64,000 bases of DNA from Nitrospirales bacterium. Its GTDB lineage: Bacteria; Nitrospirota; Nitrospiria; Nitrospirales; UBA8639. The translations under genes and the position numbers were made by a program. Positions 1 through 24,766 of the stretch are shown here, in pieces. The stretch is taken from assembly GCA_965203295.1 (NCBI GenBank), contig CBDBCZ010000017.1, positions 1,504,001-1,568,000 of the forward strand. Direction: 5' to 3'. Below the pieces are notes generated by a model. It did not search any database. It saw only the letters and a program-made list of their open reading frames with translations, and was not told the origin of the DNA. Numbering within the stretch: position 1 is the stretch's first letter; the number at the start of each line of letters is the position of its first letter.

Positions 1-60
1 ATGACCACAGAATCACATGCACAAGTTCCTTCCCTTATTCTTTTGAACCTTATCTTTATC

Positions 61-216
61 ACTAGTGAATGCAGAGCATTGTGGGGCGAGCGTGAGCGAG
101 GGCATGCCGCTGAAATAGATATTTGAAGTATTTGCGGTATATAGGACCATGCACCCGTACAGACAAAATCGCGAGTCACAACACAAAGGGGAGGCTCGCT
201 CACGCTCGCCCCAATA
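61..216. mobile_element. Short dispersed repeat (gaatgcagagcattgtggggcgagcg...cgctcgccccaat); further copies at about 14603-14770 and 22904-23083, relatives at about 20215-20351 and 37505-37670
   Basis: Multiple similar copies, with inverted ggggcgagcg/cgctcgcccc motifs. Confidence 0.7.
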
Positions 217-622
217 AGCCATATGTAGCAGACTCATGTGTTTCTACCTTCAAGTACAAGTCATAGTGGGTTCCTCTGCTTCACTACACTTGGCTTTGGA
301 ATTACTGATGGAATTCACGGCCACTTGTATTCTACCACCACTTTACTACAGACTAATTACTGAGTCCTCTGACCCAGGGAAGGCCCTACAGACAGGTTTT
401 TATTACCTATTATTCTCTGGGCATTATTCTTTTTTTTTTATGCATGCACCTATTATTCCTAAAGAAATTCCCGAATAATGTGCATGTCCCTAGTGTACAC
501 GTACATGTACAGGCATGTATCAGGGTGGGAGGAAGAGTCCAGTAATCCATATGCTATATAGCTGGCCCCTCCTCCAAATAAAAAAAAAATGAGCTCCCAA
601 AATAATGAGCACTCCCTCCTAC

Positions 623-11870
<11,248 letters not shown>

Positions 11871-14800
11871 CTGAGAGGAGAGGGAAGAAATGACACTTTC
11901 ATAAACAACTATGGCACCACAATGTTTCCCCTAAGGTCCCCAGTGTTATGAATGCAATGACACATTGAAAAAAAAAACTGATGGCCTAATCAATTTCTAC
12001 ATGGGACTACCACAAAATGGCAGTCTCGTGCAGTGTATTTCACTGCATTTAAAGAGTAGTATCTTTGAGCGTTGGCGAAGTGGAAGCTGAAACCTGTTAT
12101 GTAGTTGCAGGCGTAGTTGCTGCATTTATTTACTTACGCAGCGCATTTGAGCCTGCCCTGCCCTAGCGTGAAAGGAGAGATACGGCGCTTTGAACACAGT
12201 GACGTGATGAAAATACGCAATGGACAATTTCTACACGGGACTACCACATATGTTTAGGGAGGATATAAGGTAAAAAAAATAATGCAAGCATACGTTCCCT
12301 TAACCAAACTTTCACCGCTGCAAGTAGTGTGAAGTGTCCAGTTTCCTTTGAACAGCAGCTGCACGACATCAGCAGTAATTGCAAGTGACGAATTAACAGT
12401 AGAAAGGAGATAAAAGAAGCTATTCGGATTCAGATTGCTGCAGCAGTCTGATGGCAGCTAGAACAGTATTCAAACTTCAAAGTGAACTGCACGAGCACTC
12501 AGAGAGAAAAATCTGTGCTTCTGTCATATCAATAGCCTCGTTCCCAGGCCCACGAGTTTTCAGTTACACGAAGGAAAGTCATAGGGCCTGGTATTTTAAG
12601 ACAAGTGACCAACTGACTGACGTCAGTATCTAGTTCGAAAGACAGCTGTAGTTCTACCAGAGACTTTCTTTCAACAGTAAGTCTATGACACAAACAAACC
12701 GTGAAGAAAAGGCTAGCTACAAGAAGTGCAGATTCGATAGCTTTACTTGTTTAAGAATTACAAGTGTACTCGTCCAAGCTCATAATTACCACTCCACTAC
12801 CGCTCTATCTTGTTGCCTGCGCACATGACTTTAGATCCCAGGCCCGGTGACGGACTTTCGTGAAACCGAACCAAGGCTAGCATATTATAGTTATGCTATA
12901 GATAAACTGGGAGATTAGCACATAGATAGTATTATTAAAAGACTATACAAAGTTAGTTCTGATTGTGACAACCAGGTGTTGAATTACATTAGAGCAACAT
13001 ACAACAGTGTACACCCTTTTTCTGCACTTGGAAACTTGAGCTGTGATCATATTACCCACAAAAGGCAATCGGTTGCCAGGCACCCAACCTCAGACACTGA
13101 GCAATGTTAACTAGCACATGGAAAGGATGCCAGCACTTGTGTGTTGTCTGGGTGCTGCCTACTTCTGACAGCTCTGTTGCTAATGAGCTCATCACTTCTT
13201 AGCCACCAATTCACCAGCTAACTATCCACACCCATACATTCCTGCATTTTAGGCCACTCAAAGCTAAATACTTGCATTGATAACACACAGTACAAGTGGA
13301 GCTTCTTTAAGAGAGGCGATCTATATATGTATCTCTATAAAGTATGTATTAATGGAACTCTGTAATACAATCACCAGTAGCTGTACATGTAGTTCTAAAT
13401 CTTACCACAACAGTAGCCTTAAACTATTTTTTTTTCCTTGGCTGTAAAAGTAAAAGGATTTGTGAGGTTATGCAGTTGTGAAAACAAAGTTCTACTCAAT
13501 TACTTTCCATGCCCACAGTTTGCAAAACGCTCACAAAAAATTCCAAAGAGCTAATAACAAAATTTAAGCTCTCAAGAGTGGTTGCCAAGGTGTTCCAATC
13601 ACATGCAGCTGACAGTGGGATGATGGGCGGGAACTGAGGCTACAGTAGAAGTACTGCCAAACACTATTCAGCAAGTAGGTGACAATTGGAGGCTATCTCA
13701 ACCACAACGTACTGTTAACTAAATGTAATGGGTAAGCAAATGTACACAAGAAATCATTGCCAGAGATTAAAATTTGGAAGGCTTGCCCGATATCAACACA
13801 CGTGTGTGTGCGTGTGCGTGTGCGTGTGCGTGTGCGTGTGCGTGTGTGTGTGTGTGTGCGTAAGTGTGTGCGTGTTAGTGTGTGGGGGTAAAAAAACTTG
13901 GTAATACTCCAAGTTCTGAAATACCACAGAGACATAATGGATGAGTGTGTCTAGGCACCACAACCTGCCTCCAGCCAACCACTTTCCTAGAAGGAGGGTG
14001 TACATGTACCACTTCTCCTAGAAGGAGGGTGTACATGTACCACTTCTCCTAGAAGGAGGGTGTACATGTACCACCAATGCAAACCTTTTATTTCTCCCTT
14101 ACAAGTGACTATATACTCACTACCACTCACTCACTACTATATACTCACTACCAGACCAAGACAGAGAGACCCAAGAAGTTTGTACAGGAACAAAATGAAT
14201 CACACAGGCAGCTCAGGAACTAGTCTCATTAGAGTGTGGCATTCCTATTGGTAAGGCCTGTGATTGACGCTCTATAATTGGGGCAAGCGTGAGCAAGCCC
14301 CCCCTTAGTGCTGCGAATGGCGAAGGAGGGGGTACGTGTACTACTTTCCTAGGGGTACATGAGCCACTTCTCCTAGAAGGAGGGGGTACATGTACCACCA
14401 ATGCATACCTTTCATTTCTCCCTCACAAGTGACTACTCACTACCACTCACTACCAAGCCGAGACAGAGAGACCCAAGAAGTTTGTACAGGAACAAAATGA
14501 ATCAGCACCCAGGGCTGACAACAGTAACCATGGCAGCCGCGTCTGGTCCACAGGCAGCTCAGGAACTAGCCTCATTAGAGTGTGGCATTCCTATACAAGT
14601 GCTACTAGAGAATGCAGAGCATTGTGGGGCGAGTATGAGCGAGGGCATGCCGCTGAAATAGGTATTTGAAGTATTTGCGGTATATAGGACCATGCGTCCG
14701 TACGTACGTACGCACCGACAAAATTGCCATTCGCAGCACTAAGGGGGGGCTCGCTCACGCTTGCCCCAATTATAGAGCGTCAATCACAGGCCTTACCAAA

Positions 14801-15488
14801 CACAGCTTTAATCTCATAACATTGGAGATATAAGCTATATCACATAGCAGTGAAAAAAAAAATCTCCAAGGCTACAAGGCGAAAGAAAGCCTATTACATA
14901 GTAGCCTCGTCCCAAGCTCTCATCCAGCTTTTCGTTGCTTACTGCAAGCGACGAAAAGCTGGATGAAGCCTGGGATCGAGGCTAATAGCATGGCTCCTCC
15001 ACCACTACAAGATGAAAGCTGATGGTGGGAGTTACCAGGACACGCGGCCTCCAATGTTTGCATAGTTAATGAAACGGCATGTTTTGTAATCTATTCCTTA
15101 TAGATGAAACTTTGTAGCCTGAAGTGTACTACTACATTACACCTACTAATGAGCATAAGTAATCATTGATTAGATGTGAAGTTGAAATGAACTGCCAGTG
15201 TTCGAGAACGTACTGAGTAGTTTTGACTACTCTGAGCTAACTGTAGCAGGGACTACTATGGTAGCCTGCTACCCGGCAAAGTGCGGTTGCCAACTGATGA
15301 GTCCCACCGCAATAGAAATATGGGAAGAAAGGTACCTCTTGGCTGTCTGATCCGTGGGTGGTAATATGAGAACTGTTCCGAATTAGTACATAAATGTACT
15401 GAAATGTAGTGTGTAAGTGTATGCGTGGTAGAGGTTCCATTGCATTCTATGACCATAGATATATTAATCCTTGTTTTCATTTTGCTAG

Positions 15489-15623
15489 CTGAGTTTTACC
15501 ATCATCAGTAAGCAGATGCAACTCTACACCACCAAGTGGGAGATTTTGCCTGGAGAAATTGCTGTTTATGTTGGAGGCCAGCAACCCAACCAGAAGACTC
15601 AAGCTCCCTCCAATGTTCTGGAG
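15489..15623 (+). pseudogene. Orphan terminal-exon fragment of a GH3 beta-xylosidase/glucosidase-like gene (Fn3-like C-terminus)
   Basis: Acceptor ttttgctag followed by LSFTIISKQMQLYTTKWEILPGEIAVYVGGQQPNQKTQAPSNVLE; PG...VYVGGQQP...SNVL is typical of GH3 C-termini. No other GH3 exons were recognised. Confidence 0.6.
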
Positions 15624-16096
15624 TATATCTATTATAGCCGCTCAGCTAAACGTGCATTCATTAATAGGCGCTCACATAGGGCAGATCAAATATCAAATTT
15701 GTAAGTTTTTCTCCCCTCAAGGGAAACAAGACCAGACATTTAGGCTAGCGCCATGTGTCCAGTCGGGGTCATTTTAATGATTTCTCCTTCTACTTCGCGA
15801 AAGGGGGGGGGGGGGGGAGATATACTATAATATTATGGGAGTGAAATTCTCGGTTGGCTAGTAGCTTTCATCTAAAAGATATGTATCCCCAATTCTAACC
15901 GGAACAGTCAATATATCAAATATCACAACTCCATAGAAACAGCTCACATTAGAGGCACCAGCCCATAGTTCTGGTGGGGGTAAGGTAGGATGGGGTAATT
16001 TGGCTTCTTAGACCAGAACAGACACTGTTAGAGAAATTTTTGTGGTATCCTACAATAGAGGATCCTCTCTCAGTGTCTGTTCTCCTCTAAGGACCC

Positions 16097-16830
16097 CACA
16101 AAGTTCTCTCTCAGTGTCTGTTCTGGTCTAACGAGCCCAAGAAAGAGTTTGTTCCAAGTTACCCCTCGTTCCAAGCTACCCCGCCTTGCCTTACAGATTC
16201 GGATGACATCCCACAAAGGATCCCACAAAGTTCTCTCACAGTGTCTGTTCTGGTCTAACGAGCCCAAGAAAGAGTTTGTTCCAAGTTACCCCTCGTTCCA
16301 AGCTACCCCGCCTTGCCTTACAGATTCGGATGACATCCCACAAAGGATCCCACAAAGTTCTCTCACAGTGTCTGTTCTGGTCTAACGAGCCCAAGAAAGA
16401 GTTTGTTCCAAGTTACCCCTCGTTCCAAGCTACCCCGCCTTGCCTTACAGATTCGGATGACATCCCACAAAGGATCCCACAAAGTTCTCTCACAGTGTCT
16501 GTTCTGGTCTAACGAGCCCAAGAAAGAGTTTGTTCCAAGTTACCCCTCGTTCCAAGCTACCCCGCCTTGCCTTACAGATTCGGATGACATCCCACAAAGG
16601 ATCCCACAAAGTTCTCTCACAGTGTCTGTTCTGGTCTAACGAGCCCAAGAAAGAGTTTGTTCCAAGTTACCCCTCGTTCCAAGCTACCCCGCCTTGCCTT
16701 ACAGATTCGGATGACATCCCACAAAGGATCCCACAAAGTTCTCTCACAGTGTCCGTTCTGGTCTAATGAGCCCAAGAAAGGATTCGTTCCAAGTTACCCC
16801 TCGTTCCAAGTTACCCCGCCTTGCCTTACA
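16097..16830. repeat. 127-bp tandem repeat (about 5.7 units) derived from one arm of a TIR element
   Basis: Identical ORF text every 127 nt (16149, 16276, 16403, 16530, 16657); inverted arm at about 15984-16055; single dispersed copy at about 48057-48160. Confidence 0.9.
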
Positions 16831-17135
16831 GTTTCAGCCGACATCTACAGCTGGCAAGCTAACCACACAGTAAACCACACACAGTGCTTGAAAAAATTAC
16901 AGCAATTACTTAATAATAAGCACTGAATGGCTCAGTCTAGTTAGGCTGTAGGCAGCTATATAGCTATCACTGGTCAGCTGAAGAACTATGAATGAACCGG
17001 AAAACGGAATGTGAAACCTACGTAAAAATTTTCTACAACAAACACCCCCGCCTTGGCTAAAAAAAAAGCGAGGCAAATCCAAAACGCTTAGCCAGTCGCA
17101 TGCCACAGGCTATACACAGACAAGCTGCTGCATAC

Positions 17136-17414
17136 CTTCTCCTCAGCAGCCCCCCTTTCAATAAGCTTGATCTCTTCAGAGCCGCTGGGGATGGGGGCGG
17201 CCGCAGTGAACGGGCGCTTGCCCGGGGGCTCAGTGTCGTCCTCCCCCTCGCTCTCGCTCGGCTGCTGCGCGGGGTCGCTGTCGCTCGGCTGCTGCGCGGG
17301 ATCGCTCTCGCTCGGGCTGAACGTGACGGTGTAGGCCTTCTGTCCGTCGCTTGGCTCCGTCACCAGCCCTTCAAAGCCGATGGGTACGGGTTCCGTGTCA
17401 GAGGGTTCCGCCAT
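17136..17414 (-). CDS. Anoctamin candidate first coding exon A (93 aa, MAEPSDTEPVPIGFEGLV...GAAEEK)
   Basis: ATG start, GC-rich coding-like sequence, ends AAG|gtatgc in phase 0, matching the phase-0 acceptor at 11870; nearest of the four exons to the gene body. Confidence 0.85.
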
Positions 17415-18258
17415 TTTTTGCGTTCAGTCGACTGCACGCGGTGAAGGCAGATTCATAGGCCAATAAAAACTCTGCCACGAGCTTTCTCAAGAGTCTCTGC
17501 AAGAAGGCTGGACGTCAAAGGAATGTGGCCTCGCCCAAAATTACTACCTGTGACGAAACTCCATACCCCATGTGTACGTGTACGTGTATATATGCGCAGA
17601 TTCTCCTGCGCAGGTAAAGTAGTGACCTTCGACCTTTTCGCATCTCATAATGATATGCAGCTGGAACAGCAGTACATTAGTCCCAAACAGTCCTCAAGGC
17701 AAGGTATACACAGAGCTCGATCGAATTTGGCAAAAACCTTGCAACAAGCGTACCCTGCATGCAGTGGAGACTATGCAAATTCTAAAAAAAAGAAGAGGTA
17801 CATAGTCTACGTTCCAGACCCTCCACACACACAGTCTCGCGGGCCAGACTTCACTCCTGCAAGACTACCACACACACAAATTTCTGACGGGGTACGGTGG
17901 CGGCGTGTGTTGAGGGTCTGAAACCAGACTAATAGGTAACATGCTTTAACCAAGCTAGCAGAGCAGGTTCTGTGGTTTTCTACTCTTAGCAGTATAGTCT
18001 GTTGCAAGCATGCTGCAAATCTGGGCCTAAATCAGCACAGTAAATCCTCAGATAAAACTACAGGTCAGTGACCGAGCCTTCGCAGCGTTTTTGCAACAAA
18101 CAGCAACTGTGAAGAACCCACAAAAATTAATACGAAGTGGAGGGGGTGGCCAATGATACACGAGCCTCACCCACCGTGCATGCAGCGCATCCATCCCGCG
18201 ACCGCACCTAGCTACCAATTGCGCGGCAGACGTACGGCACAAACTATGTCTACAGTAC

Positions 18259-18435
18259 CTTTGCGTCCTCGGAGAGAGAGGGTCCGGTGCCGCCGCTTCG
18301 CTCCAGCAGTTGCAGCTCTTCGACCTGGTCTTCCTCGCCCGTAGCCGGTTTCTTAATAGGCTCGCCGGGCTCGGCGTCCTTTTCTTCGACTAGCGCGGAA
18401 AACCCGATAGGTCTGGCGCCCTCGTCAGATGCCAT
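18259..18435 (-). CDS. Anoctamin candidate alternative first exon B (59 aa, MASDEGARPIGFSALVEE...SEDAK)
   Basis: ATG start, ends AAG|gtactg in phase 0; paralogous to exons A, C and D. Confidence 0.75.
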
Positions 18436-18812
18436 TTTGACTTCGCCTTTTTTATTTTTGCCTCCCCCAAGAAAGAAAATTGGATCAGGTAATTTGACCT
18501 GGAACCCGGACAGGTTTGCAGTACCGGAATGAGACTGTACGTGAACGAAAAATTGAGGTCGAAGGCCACTGCACTACTCTAGGGGGGTACAGCATGTACA
18601 GGTTAAAGCAACGCAGAGAGAACCCTGAGCGATGGATTGTGCTAGTCTACAGTATGGAAAGTGTAATGTATGTATTCATTGATACACATGCATACAGTCT
18701 CGCGCCGACGTAACATATTAGGCATGAGACTACGTAACACAAACATTCGCCCCAAGTTAGGAAACCATACCCATAGATACCGCACCTAATGAGCAATTAG
18801 AGTGTCTTGCAT

Positions 18813-19555
18813 AGTACTGTCACTGGAATTTTGGTCCTGGAAAAATGGTCCTAGGACCAAAATTTCCGCTGGAAAAATTGGTCCCCCGGACCATTTTTTC
18901 CGGCCAAATTGGTCCTACCCTGAAAATTTTGGTCCGCCCATCAAGTTCTAGCAGAGTTGGTCTTACCTTGAAAATTTGGCATAGTTAATATCAACCTTTA
19001 GTTGAACCAATAGGTAGTTTAATACAAAGGTATGAGACAGTGTCTCAGTCACAGGCACGGATATCCTACAAACTGATTCAGTATAGCTACACCGGGACTT
19101 TGTCTACTGACTGTAAAGTCGATTCTGTGGCAAGTCTCGATCAGCTTGCATGCTGTATATGAAATCCTTTGACATCTTCCTCCTCTCGAAGCAGTTCCAC
19201 AGATGGCGAAGCACTTTCTCTTGGTCGAAGTGGTAACTGACCTGGGAGCTACAAAATGTATAGATCTAGCTATACGCTCACGGCATGAAGCTATTGACGG
19301 TAGGTGTAGGCTATGACAACAAACAAGCCAATACAATATACTCAATCATGTAGCCATCCACCCTTAGTGTAGTAGTTCACTCTATCAAGCCTGAAATACA
19401 GTAGCAGGTAGAATTCGCTTATGGCGCAGGTCGGACCATTATTTTCACAGGGGGACCAAAATTTTCAGGAAAAAATGGTCCACCCGGACCGATATTCCGG
19501 AAATTTTGGTCCCCCGGACCAATTTTTCCGCCGGACCAAAATTTCCGTGACAGTA
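18813..19555. mobile_element. TIR element with ~100-bp internally repetitive (ggtcc/ggacc) inverted arms; a related arm begins immediately after it
   Basis: gtactgtcactggaattttggtcc...ggaccaaaatttccgtgacagtac. Confidence 0.75.
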
Positions 19556-20011
19556 CTGTCACCGGGAATTTTGGTACTGTTTCCCAAACTGAAATTTTCA
19601 ATGGAAAATCAGTCCTCCAGATCAACTTTTTCGTAAAAAATGGTCCGCCTCTGGGAAAATGGTCCAGGCACTGGCGATGCATATTCTTGTTCATGAGTGC
19701 CAGTCAGGCTGTGCTGGAGTGTCCCATAACACTTATAAGCCGTAGCTAACCTAGCTAGGTACACCTGCATAGAAAATGTACTACCATAATTATAGCAGGA
19801 TTATTCCTGAAGAAAAATTCACCTGGCGTTTAATAGAACTCAATAAAAGGAGCTCTCATATTTATCCCACGTTATATAATCTCTAATACATTTCATTGGA
19901 CGAGAGCAGTAGGATATATAGCGCATATTTTGCAGTTCTGTACTTCCTTAGTTACACATTAGCAACATACTTCGCGATAGTTACGCACATATGCAGTAGT
20001 GGGGTTAGTCA

Positions 20012-20148
20012 GATAGACCACGTCACAGCGGAGGATACACGTCCAAAATATCCTCCTTGGATATGGTGTTACCCCTTGGCTGCGCCTGGGTAAAACCGCA
20101 TCCATGAAGGATATATAGGTGCATATCTTCCACTGTGACGTAATCTAT
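20012..20148. repeat. Imperfect palindrome / small MITE
   Basis: atagaccacgtcacagcggaggata...tatcttccactgtgacgtaatctat. Confidence 0.65.
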
Positions 20149-20583
20149 CCTATACTTACACTACCCTCCCTTTCAGGCTCTCCTCACTTCAGGAAGAAAG
20201 GAATAATACGGTACAAGTAAATGCAGTGCATTGTGGGGGCGGAGCAGTCGTCTGTAGGTCTTTGCATGTAAATAGATCTGGCAATACATTTGCAATATAT
20301 AAGACCACACACAACTGCAACCAGAACCACTAAGGGGGGGCTCCACCCCAAATATTATATTGACAGTACTCCTCTGTTGAGGTGCAGATACAGAGTGAAA
20401 TGGTAGTGGAACAACTCCCCAATAAATGTAAGCTTTTATACAAGCCAGAGAAGAAAAAAACAAATGAGCTATGTAAAGTACTGAGGTCAGCACTGCAGTG
20501 AAGAGAAACCAGCAGCCCTTTATTGATTATATGTACTTTTTAACCCTCAGCACGCATGCGCAGCAAGGCTTACAGTACTCAGC

Positions 20584-20637
<54 letters not shown>

Positions 20638-20963
20638 ATGTGTGTGTCTAGGATTTTGCTGTGGTAATGATCAACAATACAGGGTATACACCATACTAAC
20701 AATACTACTGCATGTGCCTGTAATGGACCTATAATAGGTCATTCTTACCTAAACAATTAGGACATTGAGCATACGATGCACATGCAAGTCACTAGTCTCA
20801 ATAAATTACGTTAAACTTGTTTTCTCTGTATATTATAGTATTCCTTTGTGGCCTGCAGCAGTGTACTGTCTTTTATGATAATCTAGGAACCTCGCTAAAT
20901 TGCTACCAGAAATGCTGCTGGGTCATGGACAATTGCACACCATCTTTTACATCTGCTACTGCT

Positions 20964-21315
20964 ATAGAGAGTTTTCACGTGTCGTCACAGATCACGTGCT
21001 CCTGCAGTACGTCCGTGTTACGTTCCGTTTATATCCATTCTAGCCCACCATGCGTGGGCGACTAGTTTGGCACGTTATACAGCGATCTCAGAAACAAGAG
21101 CTGCTCGGAACTTACGCGTTCAGTATCTCAACTATCGCTGTAGTCAGTTTTCTGGCGGGATGAATCGAGTGAATCTGCCGTCTAGACTACGAGTACGAGA
21201 GAACTTCCGGACTTCATGCGTATGGCTATGTACGTTTGCTGCCCACGAAAATGGTGCCCTGGCAACAGTTGCTACATGCGCGTGACGTAAGATGATGTCA
21301 ATGAAAACTCTCTAT
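20964..21315. mobile_element. MITE-like element
   Basis: Perfect 14-bp TIR atagagagttttca/tgaaaactctctat. Confidence 0.7.
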
Positions 21316-22256
21316 TAGTGTCATGCTGAACTCAAGAGTACCTTGGGAATAGATGAGTGCATGTGAAGAACTTACTGTTATGATAACCTAGTGTCTGTTA
21401 TTACACATTACTTTATTGATGGAGATCAAAACCAGAGATTGTTCTCAAGGATGTCATCCAAAATAAAATTTTGGGGAAAAAAAAATATGTATGCAGAAAG
21501 GCTGATCAGATTTGGTTCACTCAGCCATAATTGATTTTCACCTCCTGCTTTTATCACTGCCATCATACTGTTTGAAACTGAGTAACATGGTCTGGAGTAT
21601 AACATACATACAAAAGAAATGAGGACTTCTTTGGCCCCCTACACTCAACAAAGACCAGCATTGGCTTTTCTGATCATGTTGACAATGTCAGTTGAAGTAG
21701 TGCCAAAGGGCAAAGTACTACTGCAACCACAAAGGAAGCCCAAAGGATGCACAAAGGAAGCCCAAAGGGTATGCATAGTGCCCTTTGGTAGAGGAGGCAC
21801 TGAATCAGGTGTAGCCTCGGGCCTGGAGCCAAAATCCAGTTCGAGCTACAGCAGCTAGCAGAGGGAGATCGGAAAAGGACTGAAAGTTGAAACTGGTGAA
21901 ACGCATGCAGCCTGCGCAGTGGCAGAGGCTGAAATCATCACCCAGTAATATACCTGTAGCGATCAACAAAACAACTTGGAACACAACTTGCCTATCAGAT
22001 ATATATACGTACTACACGTACTGGTGTCCATGTGCACGTGCGCATGCTGCTCCCGCCCACATTAATTTTGCTGATTCCACGTGTCGCGCTTAGATCATGG
22101 CGTACTCGGTACTGTATACTGCAACATCCGTCAAGGATAGATCTAAGCGACAGACTGACTGTCCGATAACAATTGATGACTTTATACTCACCACGATTGT
22201 GTATCAGATACTTTGGCCTATATATGGCAAACCAGGGCTCCAGCGCACTAGCTTAC

Positions 22257-22388
22257 CTTCTCTGCATCGGCGGAGTCCTCGGGCTGGCCCTCGAGAACAA
22301 CCGGCTCTTTCAGCGGAGCGGGCTGGTCTTCCTGCTCTTCCACTAGCGCGTAAAACCCGATAGGTCGGGTGCCGACGTCGGATGCCAT
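22257..22388 (-). CDS. Anoctamin candidate alternative first exon C (44 aa, MASDVGTRPIGFYALVEEQEDQPAPLKEPVVLEGQPEDSADAEK)
   Basis: Not in the ORF track (too short); translated by hand. ATG at 22388, ends AAG|gtaagc in phase 0; paralogous to B and D. Confidence 0.75.
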
Positions 22389-23892
22389 CTTTACAGACTC
22401 TTGTCAGTCACCGCGGTAGGCCTGAGGTTCGCGAACCTGGGTCCTGGACCGACCAGGAGCGCATAATGACGTAGGAGCGCATAATGACGTCATTATGCGC
22501 TCCTTGTCTAGACGAAATCGCAGTATTGAATAAGACTTGTTCAGTTTTGCACACAGCATGACCTTCGAGCGATGCAGTTCGGATTACGTTAGCGCGTCGG
22601 CACTCCTCCCTCTCTGTCCACCCAGACACCTTTTCCAACGACTTGCCATTTGTCTTTAGAGGGGCAACGCCACCATGAGGATTGGTTGGCTCCCCATCCA
22701 CTGCCCTGGAAGTGTTTTTTTTTTACTGTATTTAATCTCTTGCTTTGTCTTTTATTTATTTCGTGTGCAGAAAAGCAGAAAAGCAAGGCGTTGTAGTACA
22801 TGTACGACTACGCATGCAGCAATAATTATGTGACCTGCATACATTGCTGCCACACTAATATTTTAAGCACAGTAGCTGGCACTTTAATTACCAGCATATA
22901 AAACTAGGAGAATGCAGAGCATTTGTGGGGCGAGCGCAACTACAACATGTGCTTAGCATGTTTCTGCGCATGCGCAATGCGACCGGTCGGTCGATGACAT
23001 ACGTACATACAGGTCGGACATACATACAAACAGAGTTGGCATTGACCTCGCTAGTACTGGGCTCGCTGCGCTCGCCCCAATAATGCTTCGATGCATGTAG
23101 TATGCACACAAGTTGACGCTTCCACTGATACATATTACATACTCTACTACTACGATAAGGGCAAAGTTTATAGAAGATTCTACTATACTACATACATTAT
23201 ATACTCACAATTACTGTATTTAGCATTAAGTTAACAAAACATAATTTGACAACATTTGTGTAGTGGCAAATTATGAGTAATACTATACAGATGTTTCTTC
23301 AGCCGGAGTCCGGTGCCGTTCTGGCTGAACATGCATACGCTAGCATAGTAGGTGCAGACTTTCCTGATCAGGTGACCGGAACAGTATTATCTTTGGAGTG
23401 CTATGTATACAACTTTCATCAACAACAACCCATAGTCATACCGTATATCTTAATTGTGCAGTATTACCATTTTACATACTGATATATGTGAAACCCAGTC
23501 AGCATTATGTATAGGTGCATTAAAGATACTGCTAGACACCAATTCCTTCAATTCTCAGCAATTCTGTGCAATTAACAGCTGGTACGGCATGTTCTGCTAC
23601 ACACTTCTCATTCAGAGATACACGGGTATCTTTATTCAATGCAGTGTACAAGGTCATGTAATCATGCAGCTGTTCACTATATCAATAAAAGTGTGCATCA
23701 AACATGCAGTGCAATGAGGTGGCTTTTGCAGCTGATACTTGGTGTTACAAAGTGGCTATTGAACAGGGTGCTAAAAGTCAATTAGTGTTTGAGTTAAGGT
23801 AAGGGTTAGGGCTATAGTGTTAGGGTTAGGGCTATTCCATTCAGGGCATAAAACATGCAGCTTACTAGTACATGAGCGCACATGTGCAGACA

Positions 23893-24140
23893 TAGATTAG
23901 GCCCCTCCAACTTGCATGTTAGTTTCTGATCACCCGCCCGCATCAGCAACAGAGACACGCGTACGCTAAGTTTCTATAATGAGCAGGCAACACGTCCGGT
24001 ATTTATTACAAATGGGTGGAGCATTCGTTTTTCATGCGCGTTTCTTCTCCAAGAATGTGCATGCAGCGGCCACCCGCCCACATGGCTCCTGTGGAATGAG
24101 TGAGATCAGAAACTAATCTGTAAATTGGAATGGCCTTATC
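23893..24140. mobile_element. MITE-like element
   Basis: Imperfect TIR aggcccctccaacttgcatgttagtttctgatc / gatcagaaactaatctgtaaattggaatggcct. Confidence 0.55.
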
Positions 24141-24583
24141 AAAATGTATGCTCTTCATACTGGACCAATGGCCACATCCTTAATATTGATCCTTTTTGCG
24201 AACAGAATTAATGCAGCGCACATGCATGATGTATAGGAGCATGCAGTTTCAAACTGCACGCCAATTTTTGACATACTACATTTCAATCTTTGCATGTGGT
24301 ATCGCCATTTACCGCCTACTGAGACATCAAAGCGTGGCTCATAAATTGTCCGTGATTGATGGTTACGCGTCCAATTATCTGGAGCCATCACCGCTAGCAA
24401 AGTTTAACTCTCCGCCAAAACCGCAATATTCATACAAATAATATACGTACGGTGCGTTCTGAATAATAATATTATTAATATAGTCTAACAATGGTTTGTG
24501 CTAAAAACATACACACAATTTGCTAGATAGTTGCGGCAATTATGGAGATCGAGAAGGCTAGACTCTGACGTCAGACACGTTAC

Positions 24584-24766
24584 CTGGGCATCTATATCTT
24601 CGGATCCGCCTGTGCCATAATCGTCGGATCTGGTACTTTCCAAGAGTTTGATCTGCTCATGCTGCTGCATACTGCCAGTTTTCGGCGGTGAGGGTGAGCG
24701 TTCGACGTCCTGTTCTTCCACTAGCGCGGAGAATCCGAGCGGTCTGGTCCCGTGGCCAGAAGCCAT
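24584..24766 (-). CDS. Anoctamin candidate alternative first exon D (61 aa, MASGHGTRPLGFSALVEEQD...DIDAQ)
   Basis: ATG start, ends CAG|gtaacg in phase 0; paralogous to B and C. Confidence 0.75.

Noticed and set aside
16149..16926. Five repeated 78-aa ORFs
   Set aside because: They are a by-product of the 127-bp tandem repeat; the unit length is not a multiple of three and there is no coding signature.
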